Program-made: the position numbers and the translations under genes
Shown: positions 12,509 through 23,726 of the stretch, one piece after another
How positions within the stretch are numbered: position 1 is the first letter of the stretch
Layout: every line of letters starts with the position of its first letter
The notes under the pieces: generated by a model
What the model saw: the letters and a program-made list of their open reading frames with translations, nothing else
Database searches by the model: none
What the model was told of the DNA's origin: nothing
Source: Callorhinchus milii
Taxonomy: Eukaryota
Direction of reading: 5' to 3'
Length of the DNA stretch: 64,000 nt
Assembly: GCF_018977255.1 (NCBI RefSeq)
Contig: NW_024704786.1
Location: 372,001-436,000 of the forward strand

Positions 12509-12861
12509 CGGGGAATGTTTTACGAGTCGGACGAGACAAGGTGGCGATTTTGGGGCTGGCTTTTTTTTTGGAGGGGGGTTGGGGGGGGAAGGGCCTGTTA
12601 ACGAGAGCAGAAGGGAAACGTTCAGCTCGAGACGCTTCAAACCTCCGGAGGTTTCACTTCACTTAAATCCCGCGAATGTTCGGCTTTAAACTCTAATCGT
12701 TTCATCCGCCCGTTAATCCGCAGCCTCTTTTATTTTAATATCGCGGCGTCGTTTCGTAACAGTCTCCATCGCACAGCGCCATTGACGGCCACTTGTAAAC
12801 GTGGGGTTCAATGGAAGCGGAACAAGAGCCGGAGGGGAGGACAGACGAGGAGACATTGTTT

Positions 12862-13095
12862 TATAATAATAATAATAATAATCCTCGCATTTGATATAGC
12901 GCTTTTCACGTCGGGAGAGGACGTCCCAAAGCGCTTCACAGAACACACTGTAAAGTGAATTGACTGTATATTTGTGGGCGAACGCGGCGGCCGATGGCGC
13001 ACAGCAATGTCCCACAAACAGTCGTGGGTTGAAAATGACCAATTTTTTTTTTATTATTGTTTTTTGGGTTTTTTTGGAGGGATTATTATTATTAT
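12862..13095 (-). mobile_element. 5'-truncated SINE, near-identical to 51283-51443
   Basis: Shared diagnostic segments TTTTCACGTCGGGA and GAAAATGACCAATT. Confidence 0.85.
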
Positions 13096-14182
13096 GATCT
13101 TGTTGATACTCGTCAACAAGGTGATGCCTCACCACTGCAATCATAGACAGACTGCAGACCTGCAGAGTTGTTAGCGTCTGGAACCCACGGCCTGAAAGGC
13201 TGATGGGAGCAGATAACACTGTGATCCAGAGAGNNNNNNNNNNNNNNNNNNNNNNNNNNNNNNNNNNNNNNNNNNNNNNNNNNNNNNNNNNNNNNNNNNN
13301 NNNNNNNNNNNNNNNNNNNNNNNNNNNNNNNNNNNNNNNNNNNNNNNNNNNNNNNNNNNNNNNNNNNNNNNNNNNNNTAATTGCCCGGTTGTCTTTTCTG
13401 AGCTCTAATTAACTGGTTGGCTGAATGATGAATTAGTTGAGCTGCAGTTGTGGACAAATTTTGCCGTCGTTTAAATTAATATCAAAGTTCTCGACGGCCA
13501 CAATGTGGGAATTGTTCACTTCCATCGCGGAAACTGTCTTTAACCCCCATTTACCCTTCTCCTACTGCCCGGTNNNNNNNNNNNNNNNNNNNNNNNNNNN
13601 NNNGCAAACTCAGCGAGGCTCGTCGCTTCAGCAAGCGGGAAGATCCAAAATGGCTAACCCGATGAAGTTAATTAATCACACATGTCTCACACACACAGTG
13701 TCTCACCACACCACACACCAGTGTCCATGTCACACACCACAACCAGTGTCTCTACAACACACCACGTGCCTCACCACACAACCACCAGTGCCCTTCCACA
13801 CACACAGTGCTCCAGTCTCTCCACACACAGTGCCTCCACACCAACCACCAGGTATGTCTCCATCCACCACACAGTGGCCTCCACACACACAGTGCCTCCT
13901 CACACCACCACACAACCAGGTGCCTCCACACACCAGCCCCCACACACCAGGTGCCTCTCACCACAGCCACCACCAGTGCCTCACACACACCAGTGCCTCC
14001 ACACACCACACCAGTGTCTCCCCCCCTGTCTCTCACCACACAGTGCCTCACACCAAGGCCACACCACAGGTGGTCTCCCTCTCCACACCAGTGGTACCAA
14101 GTGGACACCATGCTCCTCCCCCCTCTCCGTCAATCAGGGGCTCGGGGGGAGGGGCCAAAGATGACGCGGGGGCGGAGCTGTG

Positions 14183-15397
14183 GTGAGTGACAGTGAGAGT
14201 GAGTCAGTGTGAGAGAGAGACAGAGAGAGTGAGTCAGTGTGAGAGTGAGACAGAGTGAGAGAGTGAGTCAGTGTGAGAGAGAGACAGAGAGAGTGAGTCA
14301 GTGTGAGAGTGAGACAGAGTGAGAGAGTGAGTCAGTGTGAGAGTGAGACAGAGTGAGAGAGTGAGTCAGAGTGAGAGAGTGAGACAGAGTGAGAGATTGA
14401 GAGAGACAGAGTGAGAGACAGAGTGAAAGAGAGTGAGTCAGTGTGAGAGAGAGTGAGACAGAGTGAAAGAGAGTGAGTCAGTGTGAGAGAGAGTGAGAGA
14501 GACAGAGTGAAAGAGAGTGAGTCAGTGTGAGAGAGAGACAGAGTGAGAGAGAGAGACAGAGAGAGAGAGTGAGTCAGAGAGAGTGAGAGAGACAGAGTGA
14601 AGAGAGTGAGTCAGTGTGAGAGAGAGTGAGAGAGAGTGAGACAGAGTGAAGGAGTGAGTCAGTGTGAGAGAGTGAGAGAGACAGAGTGAAAGAGAGTGAG
14701 TCAGTGTGAGAGAGAGACAGAGTGAGAGAGTGAGACAGAGTGAAAGAGAGTGAGTCAGTGTGAGAGAGAGTGAGAGAGACAGAGTGAAAGAGAGTGAGTC
14801 AGTGTGAGAGAGAGTGAGAGAGAGTGAGACAGAGTGAAAGAGAGTGAGTCAGTGTGAGAGAGTGAGAGAGACAGAGTGAAAGAGAGTGAGTCAGTGTGAG
14901 AGAGAGACAGAGTGAGAGAGTGAGACAGAGTGAAAGAGAGTGAGTCAGTGTGAGAGAGAGTGAGAGAGACAGAGTGAAAGAGAGTGAGTCAGTGTGAGAG
15001 AGAGACAGAGTGAGAGAGTGAGACAGAGTGAAAGAGAGTGAGTCAGTGTGAGAGAGAGTGAGAGAGACAGAGTGAGAGACAGAGTGAAAGAGAGTGAGTC
15101 AGTGTGAGAGAGAGAGTGAGACAGAGTGAGAGACAGAGTGAAAGAGAGTGAGTCAGTGTGAGAGAGAGAGTGAGACAGAGTGAAAGAGAGTGAGTCAGTG
15201 TGAGAGAGAGTGAGAGACAGAGTGAAAGAGAGTGAGTCAGTGTGAGAGAGAGACAGAGTGTAAGAGTGAGTGTGAGAGAGAGTGAGCGAGACAGTGAGAG
15301 TGAGACAGAGTGTGAGAGAGAGACAGAGTGTGAGAGAGAGTGAGACAGAGTGCGAGTGAGTGTGAGAGAGAGAGTGAGAGAGAGAGAGAGAGACAGA
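14183..15397. repeat. AG-rich satellite with recurrent TGAGTCA
   Basis: Units such as GAGACAGAGTGAAAGAGAGTGAGTCAGTGTGA. Confidence 0.9.
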
Positions 15398-15406
15398 TCA
15401 GAAACC

Positions 15407-15412
15407 TTTATT
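15407..15412 (-). terminator. Candidate BCKDHA poly(A) signal AATAAA
   Basis: TTTATT on + strand ~820 nt past the stop, followed on - strand by a UC/UG-rich tract; other AATAAA candidates lie nearer the stop. Confidence 0.4.
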
Positions 15413-15699
15413 GAACATGAGGAATAACGCCCTGACAGCGCGGACTCCCGGACACGTTGCTCTGCACACACCGAGCGTAACAGCTCCACCGTTTATTCTA
15501 ACCCACAAAAGATTATTATTAATTAACATTATATAATAATTATTATTATTATCGTCACCAGTTTTGACTCCTTTCAGTGTAACAGTTGTCTGTCTCTTCG
15601 AGACGGAAGCATCGGTAACCGGACCCCCCCCAACAACACCCACCCACCATCCCCTCCCCCTCCCAGAAAAACCTACTAGAATAACAGTAATCGTCGTCA

Positions 15700-15990
15700 T
15701 AATAATAATAATAATCCTGGCACTTGATCCGACGCCTCATCCAGTCGTGGAGACGCCTCAAAGAGCTTCCCAGGATATACGCTGTGAAGTGTAGTGACTG
15801 GGGGTTTTGCGGGGGAGAAAAGTGGCAGCCGATCGCGCCCGGCGACGTCCCCCACAAACAGCCGTGGGGTTGAAGCGACCGAATTATTATTTTTATTTAT
15901 TTTGAAGGGATTATTACCCCCGGAAAGTGATTTCCCCCAATCGAATGACAAGAGGGTTCCTACTGACTGCCGGGGAACACAGGCGTGTGC
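15700..15990 (-). mobile_element. SINE fragment downstream of the BCKDHA stop (probable 3' UTR)
   Basis: Core and tail match the family. Confidence 0.8.
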
Positions 15991-16231
15991 GTGTGTCTGC
16001 GTGTGCGTGCCTGCGTGTGCGTGCCTGCGGTGGGGGGGAGAAAACTGACGGTGTGTGATAGACATGCACCAAACACAAGGACCTGGGGGGGGTGGGTGGG
16101 TGGGGCTGTGGGGGAGAGAGAAGAAAGGGTTTCCCTTTAACAAGAACGGCCTCTTCTGGGGTGGGGGGGGGGGGTTCATTGCAACAGAAATCCAAGCCCC
16201 GGGGAGAGGGCAGCGACGGACCCCGATCTTA

Positions 16232-16402
16232 TTATTTGTCGAAGAGGTCGATGGGGTAATGCTCCCCGTACATCTTCAGGTGCCTTCCCAGAGACTCCTG
16301 CTGCTTCTTCAGCTGGGGAGGCATGTCCTCGTACACGTCGGTGAACATGTTCTCCAGCTTGGGCTTCAGGCACCGCTCGGCCTCCTCGAAGGCCTCCATG
16401 AC
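16232..16402 (-). CDS. BCKDHA: BCKDHA exon 9, last coding exon (VMEAFEEAE...[11 protein letters not shown])
   Basis: 171 nt ending TAA; the joined CDS is 1344 nt with consistent phases. Confidence 0.96.
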   Translation of the reverse strand, partial: VMEAFEEAERCLKPKLENMFTDVYEDMPPQLKKQQESLGRHLKMYGEHYPIDLFDK

Positions 16403-16544
16403 CTGAGGCAGAGAGAGAGAGAGGAGAGAGAGAGGAAGGGGCGCAGATCAACAACGACGACGACGACAACAACCACCACCACACATTTACGAGCGGGCGG
16501 GCGGAGTTCCGGGCCCGAGCCGAGGGGAAGTTCCGGACACTCAC

Positions 16545-16716
16545 CCGCTTCCTGGACTGCTTCCTCCAGGCCTTCTCCTGCTCCTCGTCCCACCAGCCCT
16601 TGCTCACCATGTAGTGCCGGAGCCTGGAGATGGGGTGGTCCTTCTTGTCCCAGTAGTTGACCTCATCCACCGACCGATAGGCTGAGCTGTCGTCGCTGGT
16701 GCTGTGATGGCCGATC
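16545..16716 (-). CDS. BCKDHA: BCKDHA exon 8 (phosphorylation loop [15 protein letters not shown])
   Basis: 172 nt, AG/GT flanks, BCKDK target serine loop intact. Confidence 0.97.
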
Positions 16717-17922
16717 CTGCCGAGGGTTCGAGACACACGACCCCGCGATTAGCTGCGACCCCCAAAAACGAGATGCCCCCCCCCCCCCCCCCCTCCAGGG
16801 TTTATGCACCCGTGAAGGCAAAGCATCTCGACGAGAGGCTCGAGGGGTAACTGGCGTCATGTTTAGTGGTTGAAGCCCAGCAGGAGATCAGGCAATGTCC
16901 CACAAACAGCCGCGGAGTGACTGACCAAATGGAGTCAGTCAGTATTACCGTCGGCGTAACCAAACACAGCCGGGACACGGACGGCGATGATGACTTAAGT
17001 GGTTGCGACAAGTCAAGTCTGGGTCGAGCACATCGGGCATTCGCTGTGTGCGCGTGACAGGGAATTGGGATTAGAGTCGACAGCTCGGGGGCGGGGGGGG
17101 GGGAGGGGAAAAGTGGAGGGTGGTGGGGGGGGAGAGAAGCCAACAGGATAGCGGAGCCACAGAAATGAAATAAAAACGCTTTACACAGAGCCGATGAAGT
17201 GGAAAGTGCCTCAAACCTTTGCGACTTATTGAAGCTCTGCACTTTACTGATGAACATAATAATCCTTGGCTGAACTAAGCCGAAAATGTATCCTGCGCTC
17301 ACTGCACTAAAACGGCTTAAACCCTCACACCTCCTGCCCGAGGAAAGAGGACTCCCTCACGCCAGGGTCCCAGCCAACGAGCGGGTCCACTGTTGACAGC
17401 ACCCGGCGAGCCAAAGGCATACCGGGGCAGGGTGGTCCCAGCTGGACGAGCAGCGAGAAAGCTTGGCCAGACAGTGATACCAATGGCCGAGCTGCGTGTG
17501 GGTTTAGCCGGTTAGACTCCAGCAGTTACCCCAACACACACTCTGGGGTTTCCCCCCCCACCCCACCACCTCCACCCCAAGCCTTGGCTCACGCCCAACC
17601 TTCGCCTAATACTCTTCGGAATTAGGTAAACAGGGGGCGTCCCTCCAGGGGGAGAGCGCGCATCCCATCCCGACAATCTCTCTCCGGGGTTCCCGGGTGT
17701 GGGGAATTCTCAGTCGGGTTTGGAGACTCTTAAGCCACGGTGACGGGTTTCCGTACGTGTCAGACGCCCGACTGGTCACGGTGACGGGTTTCCGTACGTG
17801 TCAGATGCCCGACTGGTCACGGCGACGGGTTCCCGTGCGTGTCAGACACCTGGCTGGTCACGGTGACGGGTTTCCGTGTGTGTCAGACACCCGACTGGAG
17901 TGGGGAGGGTAACCCAAACTCA

Positions 17923-18084
<162 letters not shown>

Positions 18085-18723
18085 TCAATGTCAAACAAGG
18101 CAGATTAAACAGCTGGGCGTCGAAGGCTGATGCTAATCTGCTCGCTCCCTTTCAAAAGCTTTTCACAGCGAGTCCCGTAATCTTTCCTGCCCCCGTTTGC
18201 TATCCTCTCTTCTATGTGTCCTCGATTTGAACGCCCTGACGGCCAGGCTTTTGTACACAGCGGGGGAAAGAAAAAAAAAATAGATCGCAACCAGCCGTGT
18301 CTTTTGGGGAGGGAGGGAGTTGGAACGTTGGTAACACACGCAGCGCCTGCAATGATCGCAATCCCGGTGTGCGACCCGGCGCCTGATCACACCTCCACGT
18401 CGAGACTTCACGGGATACACTGTAAAGTGTTGTGACTGTGCGTTTTGTGAGAGAGAGAGTGTGTGTGTGTGTGACTGAGATGGAGAGTGTTGAGAGACTA
18501 ATAGAAAGACAGAGTGTTGAGAGAGAGTGTTGAGAGATTGACAGACAGAGAGAGAGAGAGAGAATGTGAGAGTTTTGAGAGAGGGAGTGAGTGTTGAGAG
18601 CGAGAGTGAGAGCGAGCGAGAGAGTGTGTATGAGAGAGCGAGAGAGAGAGTGTGTGAGAGAGTGTGTGTGAGACAGAGAGTGAGAGAGTGAGAGAGTGTG
18701 TGCGTTCTGCGGGCGAGACCTAC

Positions 18724-18930
18724 CGATGCCGTCGCCCCTGTACTGCTCGTGGGTTGGGGTGGAGATGGCGTAGCCGTTGTTCCTGCAGAAGAAGATGATG
18801 GGACACTCGAGGGTGGCGGAGAAGTTGAAGCCAGCGTGGGCGTCCCCTTCACTGGCGGCTCCTTCCCCGAAGTAGCAGATCACGGCCCGGTCGCCCTGAG
18901 CCATCTTGAAGGAGTAGGCGGCTCCCACGG
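18724..18930 (-). CDS. BCKDHA: BCKDHA exon 6 (thiamine-diphosphate binding motif GEGAASEGD...FFCRNN)
   Basis: 207 nt, AG/GT flanks, ThDP motif. Confidence 0.97.
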
Positions 18931-19364
18931 CTGGAGGCAGAAGGGACGACCAGGGAGAATGTCGCCCCTGTACTTGGATCGTCTTTTCCCACGGCGGGTG
19001 GTGGTGGAGGGAGGGGGTGAGTGGGGGCGAGGAACGACATGTTCTCCACGTTTGCTGGACGGTCAGGGGTTTGGACCCGAGCTGAGGGTGGGTGGGGGAG
19101 AGAGGGTGTGTGTGTGTGTGTAGGGGGGGTAAGGAAGGTGACAGAAGGCACGGTTGGTCGAAGGGGAGAGTCTTGAAGGAGGCGAGGGAGGGAGGGATGG
19201 CGTACCAGAGGGTGGGGCTGAAAGGACGGCTTAAAGCACTGGACAGTCGGGGATCCACACCCGAGCTGAGGGGGGGTAGGGATGTGTGTGGGGGTTTGTA
19301 TGTGTGTGGTGGGGGGGGTTTGTGGGGTGGGGGGGGGGGGGGTGACAGCGCAACCAGGCCTTAC

Positions 19365-19526
19365 CTTGGGGAATTTGCGTGGCCAGAGGAGAGGAGATGG
19401 TGACAAAGTGGTGGATGTTGCTGCCGTAGTGAACCGGCATCTGCCGGCCTTTGCCCTCGTCCTTGGCGTTGGCGTAACACTGGCCCATGAAGAGCTCCAG
19501 GGGGTAGCCGCGGTACATGAGGACGC
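19365..19526 (-). CDS. BCKDHA: BCKDHA exon 5 ([17 protein letters not shown]...[10 protein letters not shown])
   Basis: 162 nt, AG/GT flanks, [11 protein letters not shown] motif. Confidence 0.97.
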
Positions 19527-19691
19527 CTGAGAGCGGGCGGGGGGGGGAGGGGGGGAATCACACAACAACAACTGATTACATTTAGGCAGTGGCTTTCATG
19601 CGGGGCTTTGTTCCCGAGAGTGGCGGAGTCTGGAGTCTGACCCCGAGAGAGAGGGGGAGAGAGTGGGGGGGGGGGGAAAAAGAGTTCTTAC

Positions 19692-19800
19692 CCGCTTCCC
19701 TGTACTGCCCAAACACGAGGTCGGTGGCATTCAGAGCCGCTGCGCTGCCGATGTGTGTGCCCTCCTCCCCGTAATTGGTCATGTAGAAGGAGATCCGGCC
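19692..19800 (-). CDS. BCKDHA: BCKDHA exon 4 ([23 protein letters not shown]...QYREA)
   Basis: 109 nt, AG/GT flanks, conserved sequence. Confidence 0.97.
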
Positions 19801-19980
19801 CTGGAAAGGATACAGGAACCGCCCTTTCAACATCGTCTCACGACAACAACAACACCCGAATAATAATAATAATACTCGCACTCATTATTAGTTGGGTGAC
19901 CGCAGGCACGCTCGAAGAGGAAGGTCTTCAGGCGCGACCTGAAGATGAGGAAGGAAGGGGGGAAAAGGGTGGGAGGGGTT

Positions 19981-20013
<33 letters not shown>

Positions 20014-20162
20014 TGTGTGACAAGAATTTCAGGGAGTAGTAGTGGCTGATGGCGGAGGAGAGGGCGGGAGGGACAAACAGGAGGCTGAAGCCAGCCGAGC
20101 GGAGGCAGCGGGCGGCGGTGCAACGGCCAGAGGGAGGGAAAGGAGTGCGGATGGTCACGTAC

Positions 20163-20249
20163 CTGCCGCTGAGATTCGTACAGTATACGGTCCATCGTGT
20201 TCAGCAGAGTCATCTTCTGGTAAAACTTCAGCACCATGTCTTTCGGCAG
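20163..20249 (-). CDS. BCKDHA: BCKDHA exon 3 ([29 protein letters not shown])
   Basis: 87 nt, AG/GT flanks, near-identical to vertebrate E1-alpha. Confidence 0.97.
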
Positions 20250-21308
20250 CTGCGGAAGCAACAGGAAACAGGAATAAACATCCTGCAGTGATGGAACTCC
20301 TTTCCCCCCACCCACCCATCCCCCCCCCCAGTAAAACCACCCATCAATTAAATTATAATAAAATTCATATTCAATCCACCAGTCTTTGTGGGACACTGCT
20401 TAATACAAAACACAGAGTCACTACACTTTACAACATATTAGACGTGAAATGCGCTATACCATATACAAGGATTATCATCATCATATTCTTTGAAGCATTT
20501 CGAGACGTCTCAACAACACGATAAGGCTCCGAATCAAATGATAATAATAATAATTCCTCCCCGCCCTCCACCCCCTCCTGATCCCGACCCCCAGCTCGGG
20601 TCCAAATCCCTGACTGTCCAGCGCCTCGGGACGTCCTCCTGACTTGAAAGGTGCCGTGTAAATGCCATGTGCTGTTGGGACGGTCCCAGTTGATGCAGGT
20701 AAATTAGCCGTCTGTTGTAATTAACAGCCGCAACAGATTGCCAGGAGGGCCGGTAAATTATTTAAGGAGCGCTCAATGCCGTGGTGGGAGGTGGGGAGCA
20801 ATGAGAGCAATGTGTCACAGTGACTGCACAGCTTGTGATGCTGTGACAACCGAAATAAGAGGTCGATTGTGCCACCTTGCGGTGGAACAATAGGAATAAT
20901 AATTATAATAATAACCCCGGGGTTTGACCCGGCGCCTGATCACGTCGTCGAGACATCTCAAAGCGCTTCACAGGATACACTGCGAAGTGTAGTGACTGTG
21001 AGTTTTGTGAACGAAACGCGGCAGCCGATCGCGCCCAGCGACGTCCCCACAAACAGCCGTGGAATTGAGTGACCAAATTATTATTTGTGGTGGTGGTGGT
21101 GGGGGGGGAGAAAGAGGAGGAATAATCGGGGGAATAGTACTGCACAAACACTGTGAGTGAGGGAGAGAGAGAGTTCTAGATTTCCACTCGCCTTTGGGTG
21201 AAAAACCGCCCGTGGGTTCACTCCTAAATGGCCGGGCTCTAATTTTAAAATGATGCCCCTTATTCCGGATTCCCTCCAACACCGAATCCCTTTAGCGTTA
21301 TCACTTAC

Positions 21309-21470
21309 CTTGGGATCTTCACTCGTGTTCATGATCTGCCCTTGCCGGTCCATGACTCTGTAAATGGGGATGCCGGAGATGACATTCGGTTGAATAAAAT
21401 TCAGGCTGTCCACAAACTCAGCCGAGGCTCCCGGGAACTTGGGCTTCTCGTCCAGCGATGTGAACTCCTG
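21309..21470 (-). CDS. BCKDHA: BCKDHA exon 2 ([19 protein letters not shown]...SEDPK); acceptor position slightly uncertain
   Basis: Matches E1-alpha [17 protein letters not shown]...[14 protein letters not shown]; pyrimidine tract plus CAG acceptor, GTAAGT donor. Confidence 0.9.
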
Positions 21471-23594
21471 CTGGAAATGCGGAGGGGAAGAGAGGAAGCG
21501 CAGACTGAAACGCGGTAGCTATTTGCGCAAAGCAGTGCCCCACAAACACCCAGGTGTGAGCGACCAATTTTATTGGGGGGGGGACTGTTAACCAGGACAC
21601 CGGGAGAGAGAGAGTAAGAAACTCCCTTATCTTTTCGAACAGTGCCACGGGAGATCTTTAACATCCACCTGAACAGGCAGACGGGACCTTGGAGCAACAC
21701 ACACACACACACACACACACACGTCACAGAGTCAACCGGGAACTTCTAGCCGTCACTGCCTCCATCCACGGAATTCTGTTGATTCCGGACCGAAATAACA
21801 ACCCCATCAACATACACTTTGGATCAGAGGATTTTTTAAAAAAATTTTTTAACATAAAAGGGATTATTACCCCCGGAAAGCCGTCCGCCAATCGACTAAC
21901 AACCGGGTTCCTGCTGACCGCTGGGTAAACAGTAAGGCGGTAAGGAAACTCGCCTAACTTCGCACCCCACCCAGGAATCGAACCCAGATCCTCTCGCTTG
22001 CGAGGCGAGCGGCCTAACCACCGAGCTGCAGGTCTCCACAAAAATGCAAATTGCAAACCTTACGAGCGAGAAAGAGGAATTAAGTCTGTGCGTAAAGTAA
22101 ACTGCTGCGCGCGCGTGTGTGTGTGTGTGCGTGTGTGTAACCTGAGGCCTCACTGAGTGTCAGGTTCTTGTTGTTCAAGGGCAAAGCATTGGCACTGCTA
22201 CCGCCTCCGGCAAAACAACAAACACTCCGCAACAACAACATTTCATTGATAGAGCGCCTTTCACGTCGGGAGGACGTCCCAAGGCGCTGGACAGTTGGGT
22301 CGGGATCCGAGCAGTGGGGGAGAATGGTCAGGGTGAGGGGAGGGAGGGAGCGAGGAGGGGGGGAAATGGTCAGGGGGAGGGGAAGGAAGGGAGGGAGCGA
22401 GGAGGGGGTAGAGAGTCGAGAGGGGAGCTGAAGGCACGGTTGAAGAGACGAAGGGTCGCGGGCCCGAAACCTTTCGGACCCGCTTTCCTCTCTCCGTAGA
22501 CGGCCGCCGGACCCGCCGAGCGGTCCCGGCCACTTCCGCTTTCGTTTCGGACTTCTCCCGCCTCTGCCAAGTCTTCTGCTTCAATGCCGCTCTCCGCCTG
22601 TCCTGTCTGCGTCTCAGCGATATCGCGGGTGTCATTCCCACCACCGCCCCTCCCCGCTCGCCCGTCTTTGCCAAGGGCTGCTGCGTTTGGTCATAAAATA
22701 AACCTCGACTGACTCTAGCTCAGCGCTGTGTGTGTGTGTGTGCGTGTGTGGTGGGGGGGGGGGGGGGTGGTGGGGGTTGTGTGGGGGGAGTGTTGTGGGG
22801 GTTGGGGGGGGAAGAGGCCTGTATTGCCGTCCTTCAGATCAGGTCAATTTAGGTCCAGTCTATGACCTGTTCTGGTGGATATAACAGACGCCGTAACTCT
22901 ATCAGAAAAGGAAAGGGGTATTCCCCCCCTTCCCCCGATACACACTCACACACACCCTTTTACGTCTTGCACACCTTTACACACACACACAAACACTTAT
23001 TACCTTACACACCACACATCGTTGCACTCTTACCCTCTTGTACACATTTACGCGCACACTTACATCCTATACACCCACCCATCCCCTTGTACCCCACTGA
23101 CCGTTACACACTGACCGTTACACACTCACACAGGAATCCTTGCACACTCGTACACTGACATGCTCTTACACACACACACACACACACAGACCTTCACACT
23201 TCCACACACTAATCCTCTTACACATTTTACACACAGACTTGCAGCCTTACACACCTACACACCCACTCATCTCCATATACACACAATAAATCCTTACACA
23301 CTCACACACACTGACAAACACTTTTTACACACATAGACCTTTACACACTCATACACTGACATGCCCTTACACAAGCAGACCTTACACACACACTCATACA
23401 CAGGCCTTTACACACTTATACACACACCCTTACACACTCAATACACAGACCTTTACACAGTTACACTCATACACAGACCTTTAAACTTACACACAGACCC
23501 TGACACACTCACACCTGACCTTTACACACTCATCCTTGCACACTCACTCTCACACTCACGGGGGGGGGGGGAGAGGGGGCGGTCTCAGACTTAC

Positions 23595-23726
23595 TGAGGC
23601 GGACAGTGAGCGCCTGGGCCCGGAGGCCGTGGCGAGGTGAGGCCGGGAGAGGCCGCGGGGGCCGCACCTGCCGAGGCCGCTCCATCTCCGGCCCAACCGC
23701 CCGAGCGCCGCCGCCACCGCCGCCAT
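23595..23726 (-). CDS. BCKDHA: BCKDHA exon 1 (mitochondrial presequence MAAVAAALGRLGRRWSG...SLSAS)
   Basis: AAGATGGCG start, Arg/Ala/Ser-rich peptide without acidic residues, 132 nt, phase-0 donor GTAAGT, inside a CpG island. Confidence 0.85.

Noticed and set aside
12509-12640. 44-residue N-terminal extension of the 640-aa ORF
   Set aside because: It starts at a non-ATG codon and crosses a splice acceptor at 12594; ATG 12508 precedes the signal peptide
10955-12689. Long + strand ORFs overlapping SLC8A2 (e.g. 335 aa)
   Set aside because: Antisense shadows of a GC3-rich coding exon with no recognisable product
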